DNA of 64,000 nt, taken from the NCBI RefSeq assembly GCF_006345805.1, contig NC_043010.1:60946001-61010000 (forward strand). Reading direction: 5' to 3'. The notes beneath the pieces were generated by a model. That model saw only the letters and a list, made by a program, of their open reading frames with translations. It searched no databases and was not told the origin of the DNA. Made by a program: the position numbers and the translations under genes. Below are positions 37,141-49,864 of this stretch, in pieces; the stretch's first letter is position 1; every line of letters begins with the position of its first letter. This stretch comes from Octopus sinensis. Lineage: Eukaryota.

Positions 37141-38074
37141 TTTGGAACCCTGAAAAGGGGTCGTGGATATTATCAAACCATTAAAATAAAAATTATGCGT
37201 GACGAGTGTTTCGTCAACTTGTATTACTGAGTTCAAACCCTATCATGACTGACCATAGCATGGACAGAGATGACATTTACAAGGCTGGCTGAAATAAAGT
37301 AGGAATTGTTGATATACTTTATCCTCTTACAAGAGATCACAGAATGCTCCTTCAGTGGGCAGGAGAGTTTTGCAGTGGACAAACTAGTTTTATGGGATGC
37401 AGAATAATCTGACAGTTTTGAGAAAGCTCTGAAAAGTAGCAATACCTGACCTCCTGACACTAGCATAGCTAGTATGCCACCCAGGGTGGCCCTTCCGTTT
37501 GCCTGCCCCAGACCCCACAAAAAGCACATACTGCCTACAGCAGACCCAATAGTGCTGCCTGGAGCAGACCACACCACCCTTGCTACACTAGTGCCTCCTG
37601 AGCATCCAACCAATGAACCGGACCCTTAAACTCACAACCACATTAGATATTTCTAAACATTTAAAATATTCTTGAGAAACTGGGGCCAGTTGTGAACTAA
37701 AGACCTGTGATACAGGAGTAAGGGCCAATGCAGTGGTGTAGTGGGGGTATTGGGTGCTCACCCGCTTCATTAAATCTAACACACCTTTGACTACAGCAAA
37801 CACATGTCTATATTGTGGCCACCCTGCTCAGTCTACATATACCCTACTATTCCACTAACAGTCTGTGACATGAATTAAGGGTCAGTGGTACTAGGGCAAC
37901 AGCCAGTGAGAAACTAAGGCCAATGCTTGTGAATGAGGGGTCATTGTAATGAACTTAGGTTCAGGGACATGTGAACTAATGGTCCATGATTATAGACCAA
38001 GGGTCAAAGATTGTGGACTAAGGGTCAGAATTAAGGGATTGAACCCTGTATGCATCCAGGAATAAACTGGAGTT

Positions 38075-38610
38075 CTGTTGGTTATGGTATCGAGAGTTCC
38101 AGCTGATCCGATCAATGGAACAGCCTGTTTGTGAAATTAAAAAGCAAGTGGTTGAGCACTCCACAGACATGCACACCTTTAATGTAGTTCTTAGGGAAAT
38201 TCAGCACGACACAGAATGTGACAAGACTGGCCCTTTTGAAATATGGGTACAACTCATTTTTACCAGTTGAGTGACTTGGACCAACGTGAGATAAAGTGCC
38301 TTGCTCAAGGACCAAATGTGCTGCCAGAAATCAAATTCACATCCTTATGGTCATGAGCTGAATATCTGTTTCTTTATTACCCACAAGGGGCTAAACATAG
38401 AGGAGACAAACAGATTAAGTTGATTACATGACCCCAGTGCGTAACTGGTACTTAATTTATTGACCCCGAAAGGATGAAAGGTAAAGTCGACCTGGGCGGA
38501 ATTTTAACTCAGAACGTAACGGCAGACAAAATACGGCTACGCATTTCGCCCGGCGTGCTAACGATTCTGCCAGCTCACCGCTGAGTATCTTAATCATTAA
38601 GCAACATGCC
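38075..38610 (-). mobile_element. SINE family C with nested SINE family B (38367-38582)
   Basis: Family B copy inserted into the tRNA head of family C, with duplicated ctgaatatct/ctgagtatct. Confidence 0.75.
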
Positions 38611-39286
38611 TTCACCTGGAATAAGATGCACTGTGAAGGTGGGAAGCAAAAAGTGGGGAAAGGTGTTTAGTGCGAGGGGATTTGGTCAATGGTGGAATAC
38701 TGAATATAAAAGGGAGCAATGGAAGAGAAAGGAAGTGAGGGGGTTGTTTTGTGAAGGTATGGCTGTCAGCCACATCAGTTTTCTTTGGATGCAGCCAAGA
38801 ATGTTACGATTTGGCCACAGGTCAACTCCGATGAAAGGCATTCCATCTATGACCCACCCATCTTTTTAAGGCTTGTAGGAAATATCTTTTAATGTAAAAT
38901 GTCACAAGACATTATTTCACCCAGGTACACATAGATACAGAAGCAAATGTGGGAGCTTCTGCATATCAACACAATCTGCTAGAAATAGCAGCCAAGTCTA
39001 GGAAAGGACAGGTTACATAATGTATTTCTATATACCTCTAAAAAGATGGGATGGTCATGGATGGCAAGCCTTTGATCATAGGTCTGTCAGTCTGGGTTGA
39101 CCTGGACTAGAATAGCAATACCCAAACACACACCCATACACATAACATACAATGTGTTTCCATACATTTCACAAAGAACTGGTCAATCTAATTTAGAAGA
39201 TCCCACAGCATGGCACCCAAGGTGCCATGCTGTGGGATCGAACTCAGAACTACAGAGTTGGAAATCACATGGATGTATTAATGCTA

Positions 39287-39580
39287 ATAATCCTTTCTAC
39301 TAGAAACAATGCCTGATATTTTGGGGGCGAAGGTGAATCGATTACATCGAACCCCAGTACTCAACTGGTACTTATTTTATCGGCCCCGAAAGGATGGGAG
39401 GCAAAGTCGACCTCGGCGGAATTTGAACTCAGAACGCCAAGACGGACGATAATCTTTCCTGCCATAGACACAAGGTCAGATATTTAGGAGGAAGGCGCTA
39501 GTCGATTACATTGACCCCAAATGATCAACTGGTACTTATTTTATCGGCCCCGAAAGGATGGGAGGCAAAGCAAACCTCAA
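39287..39580 (-). mobile_element. Tandem partial SINE family B copies
   Basis: The block caactggtacttattttatcggccccgaaaggatgggaggcaaag occurs twice. Confidence 0.75.
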
Positions 39581-40619
39581 TAATTAACATTGATCGCAGA
39601 AATACGAAAAATAAACAAAGCATAAAAGAATTCTATGTGATACAATTTAATAATTCATGGTCTAACTCACATCAGCATGGTACGTGAACGTTAAGCGATG
39701 ATGAAGAATTCAGAGATTAAATGTTATCAACACGATTCGTTACTTTGGCACAAATAAATCTTTAAAGAAAAGAGGAATGGGTCTGTGTAATGTGTGCTGC
39801 GGCTCTCTTGAACCCCTGAAACTTATTTCACAGCAACCTGTTGATCAGAGATTTATTACAATATCTCAGCAGCTGCACTCCAGCTTGTACAAATTTGCCT
39901 CAATATCTGCAAAATCCCAATTTATGATATACAACTTGTGTTATTAACCTATTTCCAAATAGCAGCTCGTTCTATCCATCAGCTCATTATCATGCAAGTG
40001 TGCGCCGATTCCCAGCCTTCCTTCCATCACATACTCCAACCTAATTTCACTTTACAACATTAACCAAAGCATTAAATAAATGCTAAAACGCGAAGAAAGA
40101 TGAAGATATACAAGTTGTAACGATTTTCGTCCCAAGTAAATAATTAAACGGTGTGAATTAAAACCTAGGCGGGTCCAGTAATTAATTTTAAAAACATAAT
40201 AAAGACATATTTTTGAAAGAATATTAAAAAAAAAATCTCTGGGAATTTGAATATTTCTATAAAATGTGATTATTATTGTAGATAATTAGATAACAGAAAT
40301 GGTAGATATTTATTGCTGATTAGGTGTTATTTAGATAGTAAGGTGAGAGAATGTGAAGAGTAAAATGCGAGGATTATCTCAGAAGAATCCCTAAACCCCA
40401 AAAAGCTGACCTTTTCAGCTTTCTTTGTCTGGAAGAGAACAATAAGGGGAAACCGGTGTCAACGGTGTGGCTTCAACCATTTATACAAACCTCACTGGGA
40501 TACCTTGGTTAATTATTTAGTTTATTAGTCATAAATTGCTTCGGAATAACCACGGAAATATATCTAAGTGCGATGTAGATGACTGAATTCGTTAATTAAC
40601 GTTTGTTAATGAGATAATT

Positions 40620-40822
40620 AGGAGTGAATCGAGTCGTGGGTTGTCATTGCAGCGGTTGTCTCCCCTGTGTTTACATGGACGGCTTTCCTCGGTGATCTTC
40701 GAAAAACTTTGGTCTTCCCTCTCACAGGGAACACCTTCCGAAGCGACCGATTTCAAATATTACGGACAACATTTATGGTGCTTTCAGTGTTACAGCAAAA
40801 TATTTCGCGAAAAAAGGTAAGC
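40620..40822 (+). promoter_or_regulatory. Putative promoter and non-coding first exon of the 3-finger gene
   Basis: CpG-enriched unique sequence ending in donor aag|gtaagc at 40816/40817. Candidate acceptors ttacag|g (43956) and cttttacag|a (47409) lie downstream. Confidence 0.45.
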
Positions 40823-41269
40823 TACGGACCATTGCTATTGAAACAGTGTTTGAATGTAACGATAGATATCGCGGTTTATATAAATATATGTGTGTGTGTG
40901 TAGAACCAAGTGGAGATGTATATAGAGAGAGAGATGTGTGTATAGATACCTCTAGGAAGCCTTCCAGATCACATTGTCTGCATCCACATCAATTCCAAGT
41001 CCACTGGGAGATGTTGTTGGTGGTGTTTTCGAAGAATTTCGTTGGACGATCGGAGGAAAACAGAATAGAAGACAATTGTTATGGCTTTCCAACTAAATAG
41101 ATCTGTTTCGTTTAAGGTCACAGTTACACATGTTTAGCTGCCTTTGTGTGATCAAAGAGCAAATGTGCGGGTTTCCTTACCGTTTCCTTTCAGAATAGCT
41201 CAACATTTTAGTTTGGTTCGTTAATTCCAAAGGAAAATCTTTCTCCAATTCTTTTGAATTCACGCTTAC

Positions 41270-41630
41270 TTCCTCTCTCATTATCTCTCTCCCTCTCTCT
41301 TTCCCCCTTTATCACTCTCTATCTCTCTCCTCTACCTATCTTTCCTCACTCACTTTTCCATCCTCTCTCTCTCTCCCTTCCTTGCTATCTCCTCTCTATC
41401 TTTTTTGTTTTTCTCTCTCTCCTTTACTCTCCCTCGTCTCTCCTTTCGATTGCTTTCTCTCTCTCTCTCTCTCTCTTGCTATCTCTCCTCTCTTTCTCAC
41501 TCCCTCGCTCTCCCCTCTCTCCACTGCTATCTCTCCTCTTTCTCTCCACCCTCTCTCACTCTTATGCTGTTTTTCTCCCCCTCTCTCTATATGTCTTCGT
41601 CTCTTTCCCTCCCCCTCTCTACTTTCTCCG
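41270..41630. repeat. CT-rich low-complexity tract
   Basis: Directly visible. It explains the Leu/Ser ORFs. Confidence 0.9.
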
Positions 41631-44619
41631 ATCTCAATTCGGAGGGAAACCAATTTTTAAAAAAATGACCTCATCCATACAAATAAGCCTCAACCACCGA
41701 CAATCTATGGCTTTCCTTGTTGGATTCTTTTACTTTCGTTTCCACAAAAGCCATCAACACGTTTCTTTCATATATTATTTAATATTAAATGACAACATCG
41801 CTTCCAAATGCGCGGGCATTTGCCAACAGCCTCTCACTCACACCCTGGTCCACCTTTGTTATTGTTTAACCCGCACTTCGCCTTCATCGACCAGACCTTA
41901 TCATTAAAGAAAATTCCACCCATGACCATCTCATCTGAGATTTCAGATATGCATCTAGGACTACATTATCCTATACGTCTTTACCATTAAAAAAAAATAG
42001 TTAGGGTGTGATTTTGAGGGAGATTTAGCTGCTATCTTTAGCAAGTCTGACGACCACAAATACAATCTACATACAAACCTATGAATTTGTGTTAAATCGC
42101 TTAAAATTGTGTCCAGATTGTCTCTGCATTGAAATTGCTGGTTTTTTAAAATTAAGTTTTAGTAAACTGAAAATCTGGAATCCTTTAAATCATTAAGTAT
42201 TTCGGAATAGATGTCCCATTCTTCAGGGGCAGGGAAAAGAATGGTTTTATTTTCTTACACTTTTCTTTTAATATTCCTCTCTTTCATGCAATAGTAAATA
42301 CGACCCTGGGAAGTATTTTTTCCGCTTAAATGAGAATAGTGTCTAACAGTCGGCATGATTGAATTTCTGTATTAAATTAAAGCATAGATTAGGATTTAAA
42401 ACTATAGGCGAAAGTAAAGAATGCGTACACCCGGTGTTTAGGGTTAGGGTTTAGATTTAGGATTAGGGTTAGAGTGGTGTACATATTCTTTACCTCTGCC
42501 AAACTATAATAATGATTTCTTAATTTAGGCTTAATTTTTTTGTAGAAGGTGGGGGTAGTCGATTGTTCCAAGTACTCGACTGGTATTTTATAGTTCCCGA
42601 AGGAATGAAAAATAAGATTGAACTCAGAACATAGAGAAATTGAGGTAATGCCGCAAGACCCATTTTCCGACGTTCTAATATTTCTTCCAGAAAAGTTAGA
42701 CAACAGAATCCGGGGAGGCTGACGTTTCGGGGCCTGTCTCTTAATCTGATTGTCTATAATATATGATAAATAGATTGGAAGATCGAAGGAAGTTTTTAAA
42801 CATTTATGTTACTGTTTTTCTTTTGAGATTTTCTGTATTTTTTGCTTCGTTTAATTTTGAAAAATTTGGTAACATAACTGTCATTCTTTGGCTGGTATTT
42901 GGAACATAAATTAACGAAGAGTTTGGTGAAAAGTTTTAATTTAAATCACTAAATCACCTGAAAACGGTAAGTTTGTACCTTAGGACCAGAATCGGTCTTG
43001 GCATCAAAAGGAGAATTTCTTTTCTTTTTACTCTCTCAACAGAAGGAGCTGCCCTAAAATATCAGATGTCTCCACCCCATGCCATGATGAACTTCGTCGA
43101 AAATAAAAGTTTGGTTAGTTCTGGAATTCATTGGAATGGAGACAATGACAGCTTTGGGAGTTAATTAAACAGGTTGTTTGTCGTCGTGTGGTTAGTGACA
43201 TTTAGAGATGGAATTGCCGGGGCAAGTCTCTTCAAATTCTGTCATTTTATTCACCAATCTGTTGAACAACAGAGCCTCTAAGTGGTTGGTGGAGCTGGTA
43301 GAAATAGCAGCCATATCTCCCTCAAATTACACCCTATAATCTTGAGAAAAGAAATAAAGGTTTTCATTGAATAATGTAACCCTAAGTTCAAGGTGTCTGC
43401 AAAACAGAAATGGTGGTGATAGTCACGGCTGGAATGCTTTTTGATCATACGTTTGTTTATTCGCGGTTGACCTGGGGTTAAACAGCAGTAACAAGAAGTG
43501 ATTGTTATCTGACTAATCAGAATTTAGAACTAAACACTGACTTGTTGTTCATAGAATGGTGTCGGTGGTGGTGGTGGTGGTGGCGGGGTTGAGATGGTAG
43601 TGGTGTTAGTGGCGAAGGCGGTGGCGGCGACGTCTGGGAGACAACGTTGAAGACGTTGATCTAAACTTTTTAAGGCAAAATTTTTTTTGTTTAAGATGAG
43701 AAATGCAGGTTGCAAGAAGACAGGCATTTTCTTTGTGAATTTATATGATTTTCCACTGAGAAGTCCAATGGGGGGTGGTCTTGGAAGACCGGCAACAGAG
43801 AGCTTCACTAAATTACCACCAAGGGGCACACTGTTACCTGATGTTCCCATACAGATGCCACCTGTTTTTTTGTTTGGTTTTCATCTCAACTAATTACCTT
43901 GCCTCTCAAGTCTTTCTCGCCTCACATCAGCCCTATTAACCCCCTAATGTTTACAGGTGACATGTTTTCGCCCAATTTCCATCCATGTAATGGATAATCT
44001 ATGCAGCCATCATTGCAAGTTGGGCTCCTGTCCAAGCGTGTTGTGACCGCAAGCAATGTGTTCGTGTTTAACCCTTTAGCGTTCAGATTATTCTGTCAAA
44101 TGTAAGGCTTATTTATTCACATTGTTCCAAATTTATCCTTCATTATCTCATAGCTTCCAAGATTTTGGTGATGTCATCATCATCATCATCCTCATCATCG
44201 TTCCACATCTGCTTTCCATGCTAGCATGGGTTGGACGATTTGACTGAGGGCTGGCGAACGAGATGGCTGCACCAGACTCCAATCTTGATCTGGCAGAGTT
44301 TGATGTGATTGTGTATTTTAAGAATGACATTGTAGGGCACGTGTGAGAGGCCAGATCTGTCTAGTCTGAACATAAAACAGGTAGAGTATTTGAGCCAGTG
44401 TCTGTGGCCAGTTTAAATGCTAAAGACTCAATGCCTTTCAGATTAGATTTTCATGTGACGGGGTATTTCCCGCAGTGTTTGTAGCAGTGACTCAAATCTG
44501 AACCGCTAGGTAACTGGTTGTGCATCATGATCAAGCCACAATAATTTTACATGTTTAATCTATTAAGCAACCAGTCAGCATCAAGCCAGCACATGATTCA
44601 GTCTTCTAGAATTTTTTCC

Positions 44620-44995
44620 TTGTACCCTGGGATGTAGCCAGCCCACTTATGCATACCTTCCCTTCTTTGGACACAAAACTCTGCTTGCGAAGACTTGTTG
44701 GGGAAAGTGAAATCGAAATCGATCAAAAAATCAATGGAAATTGTAGTTGTGATACCAGTGCCGGTGGTATGTAAAAAGCACCAACCGATCGTGGCCATTG
44801 CCAGCCTCGCCTGGCACCTGTGCCAGTGGCACGTAAAAAGCACCCACTACACTCACGGAGTGGTTGGCGTTAGGAAGGGCATCCAGCTGTAGAAACATTG
44901 CCAGATCAGACTGAAGCCTGGTGCAGACCCCGGTCGAACTGTCCAACCCATGCTAGCATGGAAAACAGACATTAAACAATGATGATGATGATGAT
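44620..44995 (+). mobile_element. RTE LINE 3' end
   Basis: Conserved 3' UTR plus (GAT)n tail. Confidence 0.8.
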
Positions 44996-45771
44996 AAAAA
45001 GGCTGTAATTGCAGGATGCTGAGGCAGATCTGTGTTGTGTCCACCGTGATAATGGGCCGACCACAGATTGCTGTATCAGTAAGCTTGCCATAAACTCCAA
45101 GCGGTAGGTCTTTCCTGGTATAATTATTGCTGTTATTATTTGTAAAAGACCAACACAGTTAAACTCTTTACAAAATAATAAAATCTTCTGTTCAATATTC
45201 GCAGTTGTTCTCCATTTACTTCTCACAGAAACACTTTTCCTTTCATTAACTCAGGCAGTCATCACCTCAGACCAGCCAACAAAACACCGCTCGTGATGCT
45301 TCGTGATGGGGGTAAATAGGATGTCTTAAATTTGCATCATTTGACCATGTTAACTTCATCTGGGTGAACTGGGTATAATAGGGGTGAAATACAAACCTTG
45401 GTTTTGAAACCAGAAACACGAAGAGAGGTTAAAAGGAATGACTGAGCAAATGTTTTAAAACAATCTTAATGTTTGCTGAACAAAGATGCCACACTATATT
45501 TCATCCACACATCAACGTCATCGTCATCATCATTTACCATCCACTTTGCTGAGGTTCACTTGGGTCAGGCAGAATCCACTGAGGAGATTTTCTATGGTCA
45601 GATGCCCTTGCTGTTGTCAGCCCTCATCTGTTTCCAAGTAAGGAAATGTTTTCACAGGAGATTGGAAACAAAGGACATTGCTTCTATGGCAGTGATGCTC
45701 ATTCACAACTATTACACATTGTCGAAGCAAGGAGGTACTAACACATACACACACAGTCACACACACACATA

Positions 45772-46151
45772 TATATATATAAAGCTGAAGTTGTCTGTGT
45801 GTGACAGGTTTGGTAGCCTTCAACTAACACTATCTCCTCCAAGACCCTGCGGCGCAAGTTGACCAAAATTGAGAGTATGATAGAAGAAGGCTTGCTCTTC
45901 ATTTTGTAGAAGAAAAAATTCAAATTGGACCATGTTAAGACCAAAAATTATTTACATCAAAAAGGTGCTTTTTTTCTATGAAAATTCCAATTTTTTACGA
46001 TTTTTTGACTGCTGTGTCACCAGTTTTCGGTGTATTTCAACCAGAAAAATGTTCACTTAAAGAGAATGACAAGCTTTTTACTTTTCAAAAATTCCAATTC
46101 TAAAGGGTTGAAAAGAAAACAAGCCTGAGCAACGCTGGGCTATACTGCTAG
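45772..46151 (+). mobile_element. Non-autonomous Helitron-like element
   Basis: Ends with cctgagcaacgctggg hairpin plus ctatactgCTAG|t. Its termini resemble those of 34758-35082. Confidence 0.65.
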
Positions 46152-46889
46152 TTCATATATAAATCCCACAGGCAGTTTTGCAAACTAATAGGTACATGCT
46201 ATTTCAACTTTACATGTTTATACTTCGAGATATTCCAAAAACGAATTACTGTATTTTAATGTGTATAAGGAACCCTTTTTTGTCTTCTCCATAAAATTTG
46301 GTCAGTGGAAACTGTTAAGAAACCTGTCAAAGAGATTAGGCGATAAACGTAATCCTTCAGCTGGACTTTAGGTACCTTTAACAGGGTCCACCAGACCTCT
46401 GGTATGAAGATAACTTCTCCCCAACAGTCTCAGGAATCCTGAAAGAAAAGTCTTGGAGTAACGGCTGCTATCATTCCTCCTCTCACTAATTCTTTATCTC
46501 ATTTTTACCATTTCCACTGTTCTTGATCTTCTTTTACCCAAATCCATTTCACTCTTTTGATACCACCCTGCCTGAGCACCCCCCCCACTCCCTTGCTTCT
46601 AGGATACAAACTTTGCTTTAAAGAGATCTAAGTTAAACATTATTCTCACAATTGAAACAAAGGCAGTGTATTTCAAGAAGAATATGGTAACAAAAGGGCC
46701 AATCACTCCTGCTTCTGATCCATCTATTAATGCCCCTCCCCTCCAACACTGCGGACTCAATGTTTACATCAGTGGTTGTCAACCGTTTTTTTACTATCAA
46801 CACCTTTCATTCCTATTTCACTCTACTGTCCCCAAGCCCACCCCCATGTTAAAATATCCTATTATATTTTTATAATTAAATGTGAAAAA

Positions 46890-47170
46890 ACATTCGAGCG
46901 AGGTCGTTGCCAGTGCAAGTGGCATGTAAAAAACACCATTTGAGCGTGGCCGTTTCCAGTACCACCTGACTGGCCCTCATGCCGGTGGTACGTAAAAGCA
47001 CTCACTACACTCTCGGAGTGGTTGGCGTTAGGAAGGGCATCCAGCTGTAGAAACTCTGCCAGATCAAGATTGGAGCCTGGTGCAGCCATCTGGTTTGCCA
47101 GTCCTCAGTCAAAATCGTCCAACCCATGCTAGCATGGAAAGCGGATGTTAAACGATGATGATGACGATGA
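46890..47170 (+). mobile_element. RTE LINE 3' end
   Basis: Conserved 3' UTR plus (GAT/GAC)n tail. Confidence 0.8.
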
Positions 47171-47818
47171 CGACGACCATCATCATCATCATCATCTAAG
47201 AAATTGTATAAAAAATTGTGAAAATATATTGTATATTATAGAAGTATAAGCAATTTCCTGTACATAAATGTTAACAAAATCCTAAATGGACCCCTAAAGG
47301 TCATAAGGACCCTGGTCAAGAACCATTGGCCTTGGTTTTCTTTCTAATGTCGCCATCCCTTATGATTTGTCTTCTTTGTTCTGATACTTTCGTTATTTTT
47401 CTTTTACAGATAACTGCTGCTGTTTGAGAGATACACAAAGTTGTCTGCAACACAAGAAGGAACCGTCACTCGTGTGATGCAATTCTCCTCTTGATAACAT
47501 TTCCCTCAAATACATTTTCACCAAATCTAAATCCTACAACACCTTCTCTTACCACTCAGCTATTTTCCATTGATGAATGCGATAACGAGATCTCCAGCCT
47601 AATCACTGTAAATGAAGCCTCTCTTGCGTTACACTTGACTATTTCTCTCAGCTGTGTCACCCAAACAAATGCGATGATAGAAATGAAGAATCTACCACAC
47701 CCACCGCACTTGCAGACTGCCACAGTCTCTACACAGAAATTACGTTTCTAATAACACTTCTGCCCTTTTAGGACATATTTTGTTTTTGTTTGTGTTTTCC
47801 ACTGCGGTTACCATAGCA

Positions 47819-49135
47819 ATGGAGGACAACCTGACAGCCCAGCAAATGGTTGGGAAGTCGACGTCGGACAACAACATTTGCAGTGACAAGGGCTTTGCGT
47901 CGATGGAATCGTTAACGACAACACCGATATCGACCGTTGTGCACACGCAGCTGCAGCAGCCCGAGAACAACATCAACAGTGCATCGATGAAGCAGAAACG
48001 CTCTGAGCCGCAGACATTACAGCAGGCAGTGGTTGAGCTTGTCGAGGTGGAAGAAAAGAAAGTTTTTGGCAATGACTGTTTTGATTTCAGCACCGGTTCT
48101 GAAAATAACGATCATCATCACCATCACCATCATCACCACCACAGCAACAACAGTAACAACAACAGCAACAACCATCATCATCATCACATTCATGGTCATC
48201 ACAACCATCAGTACGAACATCACTCTCACATGAAACCTCTTTATGGCCAGCCATCGGTGAAGACTGGCAGACGGTCCCAGACAGGGGAGAGGCCTTTCCG
48301 ATGCGAGATGTGTGGTTACGCCTTCTCACGCAACGACCATCTAGTACGACACATGAGCAGCCACCATGGGGAGAAGCTCTTTAAATGTGACATTTGCGGC
48401 AAGGCACTGTCCCGGCGGGATCATCTGAAGGTCCACAAGAGAATTCACTCTGGAGAACGCCCTTACAAGTGTACCATCTGTGGATTTGCCTTTTCTCGCC
48501 ATGACCACCTGGTCAAGCACAACCAGCCAAATAAAGGTCGTCGGAAACTGAGTTGCGTACCTCAAGTTTCCCAGTTGAAAGTTGAACCCGAGACACAGTT
48601 AGAACTTGCGGTACCCGTGAGTACAGAGGTGCTACCCGTGAGTACAGAGGTGCTACCAGTACCTGTGAGCACAGAGGTCCTACAGCAACCTACAATTTGT
48701 CAAGTTGATCTCAACCAACCACAACAAATAGCAACGACCAGTGTTGACAACAACAATATTATCAGCCACAACAACACCATTAATGCTGGACTGGTTCAGC
48801 AAAAACAACAACAACAACAACAACAAGATGAACAGCAGCAGCAGCAACAGCAACAACTCTATTCAGCCATTGCTACGACAAATACCGGGGCCCAGACTGT
48901 ACAAATGTATTCAATGGCTCAGATCTTTCCAACCACCATACAGATGTCACCGACCGCAGCCCAAATATTCCCAACGACCATACAAATGAACGCTGCAACA
49001 GCACAGATATTCCCCACCCTGCAAATGTACCCCATCAGCACACCAGTAAATATTGCTACCGCGCCTGTCTACACGACAAAGCAATTGGCAGAAGTGATGG
49101 TCACCCCTCATGTTGATACTGCTGGCCAGCAATGA
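47819..49135 (+). CDS. C2H2 zinc-finger transcription factor, 3 fingers (third atypical), His/Asn- and Gln-rich, 438 aa
   Basis: Intact ORF from the first ATG (MEDNL). Fingers CEMC..RNDHLVRH, CDIC..RRDHLKVH, CTIC..RHDHLVKH, TGERP/SGERP linkers, poly-H, poly-Q, PVSTEVL x3 and AQIFPT x3 repeats. Confidence 0.88.
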   Translation: MEDNLTAQQMVGKSTSDNNICSDKGFASMESLTTTPISTVVHTQLQQPENNINSASMKQKRSEPQTLQQAVVELVEVEEKKVFGNDCFDFSTGSENNDHHHHHHHHHHSNNSNNNSNNHHHHHIHGHHNHQYEHHSHMKPLYGQPSVKTGRRSQTGERPFRCEMCGYAFSRNDHLVRHMSSHHGEKLFKCDICGKALSRRDHLKVHKRIHSGERPYKCTICGFAFSRHDHLVKHNQPNKGRRKLSCVPQVSQLKVEPETQLELAVPVSTEVLPVSTEVLPVPVSTEVLQQPTICQVDLNQPQQIATTSVDNNNIISHNNTINAGLVQQKQQQQQQQDEQQQQQQQQLYSAIATTNTGAQTVQMYSMAQIFPTTIQMSPTAAQIFPTTIQMNAATAQIFPTLQMYPISTPVNIATAPVYTTKQLAEVMVTPHVDTAGQQ

Positions 49136-49786
49136 GCCATGGAACTCTCCCACCATCATTTTGTTCTTCTCGTCTTTAGCTGTCAGTTTGAAAAAAAAGA
49201 AAAAAACTGGAAACAAACTATTTCCATCTCACCTTTTATTAGTGAACAATTCGGCTAAATTCCTTCCAACACTCTTAAACTATTTAAATCTCTTCTTTAA
49301 AAAGACAAACATATTTTCTGTTTCTTATCATTATCATACATATAGATGTGTGTAACGTATGTATGGGAGTATGTCTGCGTGTGTGTGTGTTTGTGTGTAA
49401 TACACACATGTTTCACATTCTCATCACTTATAATTCTAGTCTCTAAACATATACGATTCTCTGCCACACAATTAGACCTTTATTTAGTATTCTATTTTTT
49501 AAATATTTCTATTTTCTGCTAAAGTTTCCTGTCCACAACATATAAATAATTACACCCAATAGTAAGTATATTTCTAACCTAGAGCACTTGTGAAACTCTA
49601 CGTTGCATTAGAAATTGTTTTACTGTTTACATTCACACTTAATCAAAAATGCACCAATAGATGAACACAGGTATGGGTGTTTGTGTGTGCATGTGTTTAT
49701 GAGTATATGAGTGTATATGTGTTCATATATAAATATATGTGTGTGGATACATATATCATGTATGTGTGTGTGTACATATGTAAGTA

Positions 49787-49864
<78 letters not shown>

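Noticed and set aside
41254-41907. 217-aa Leu/Ser-rich ORF
   Set aside because: CT-rich low-complexity DNA, with no ATG start or domain.
42438-42472. TTAGGG-like repeats
   Set aside because: Only a few degenerate units. Not a telomere or a convincing interstitial array.
42715-42755. Possible hammerhead (minus strand ccccGAAACGTCagcc)
   Set aside because: The 5' core needs about three substitutions and cannot be distinguished from chance.
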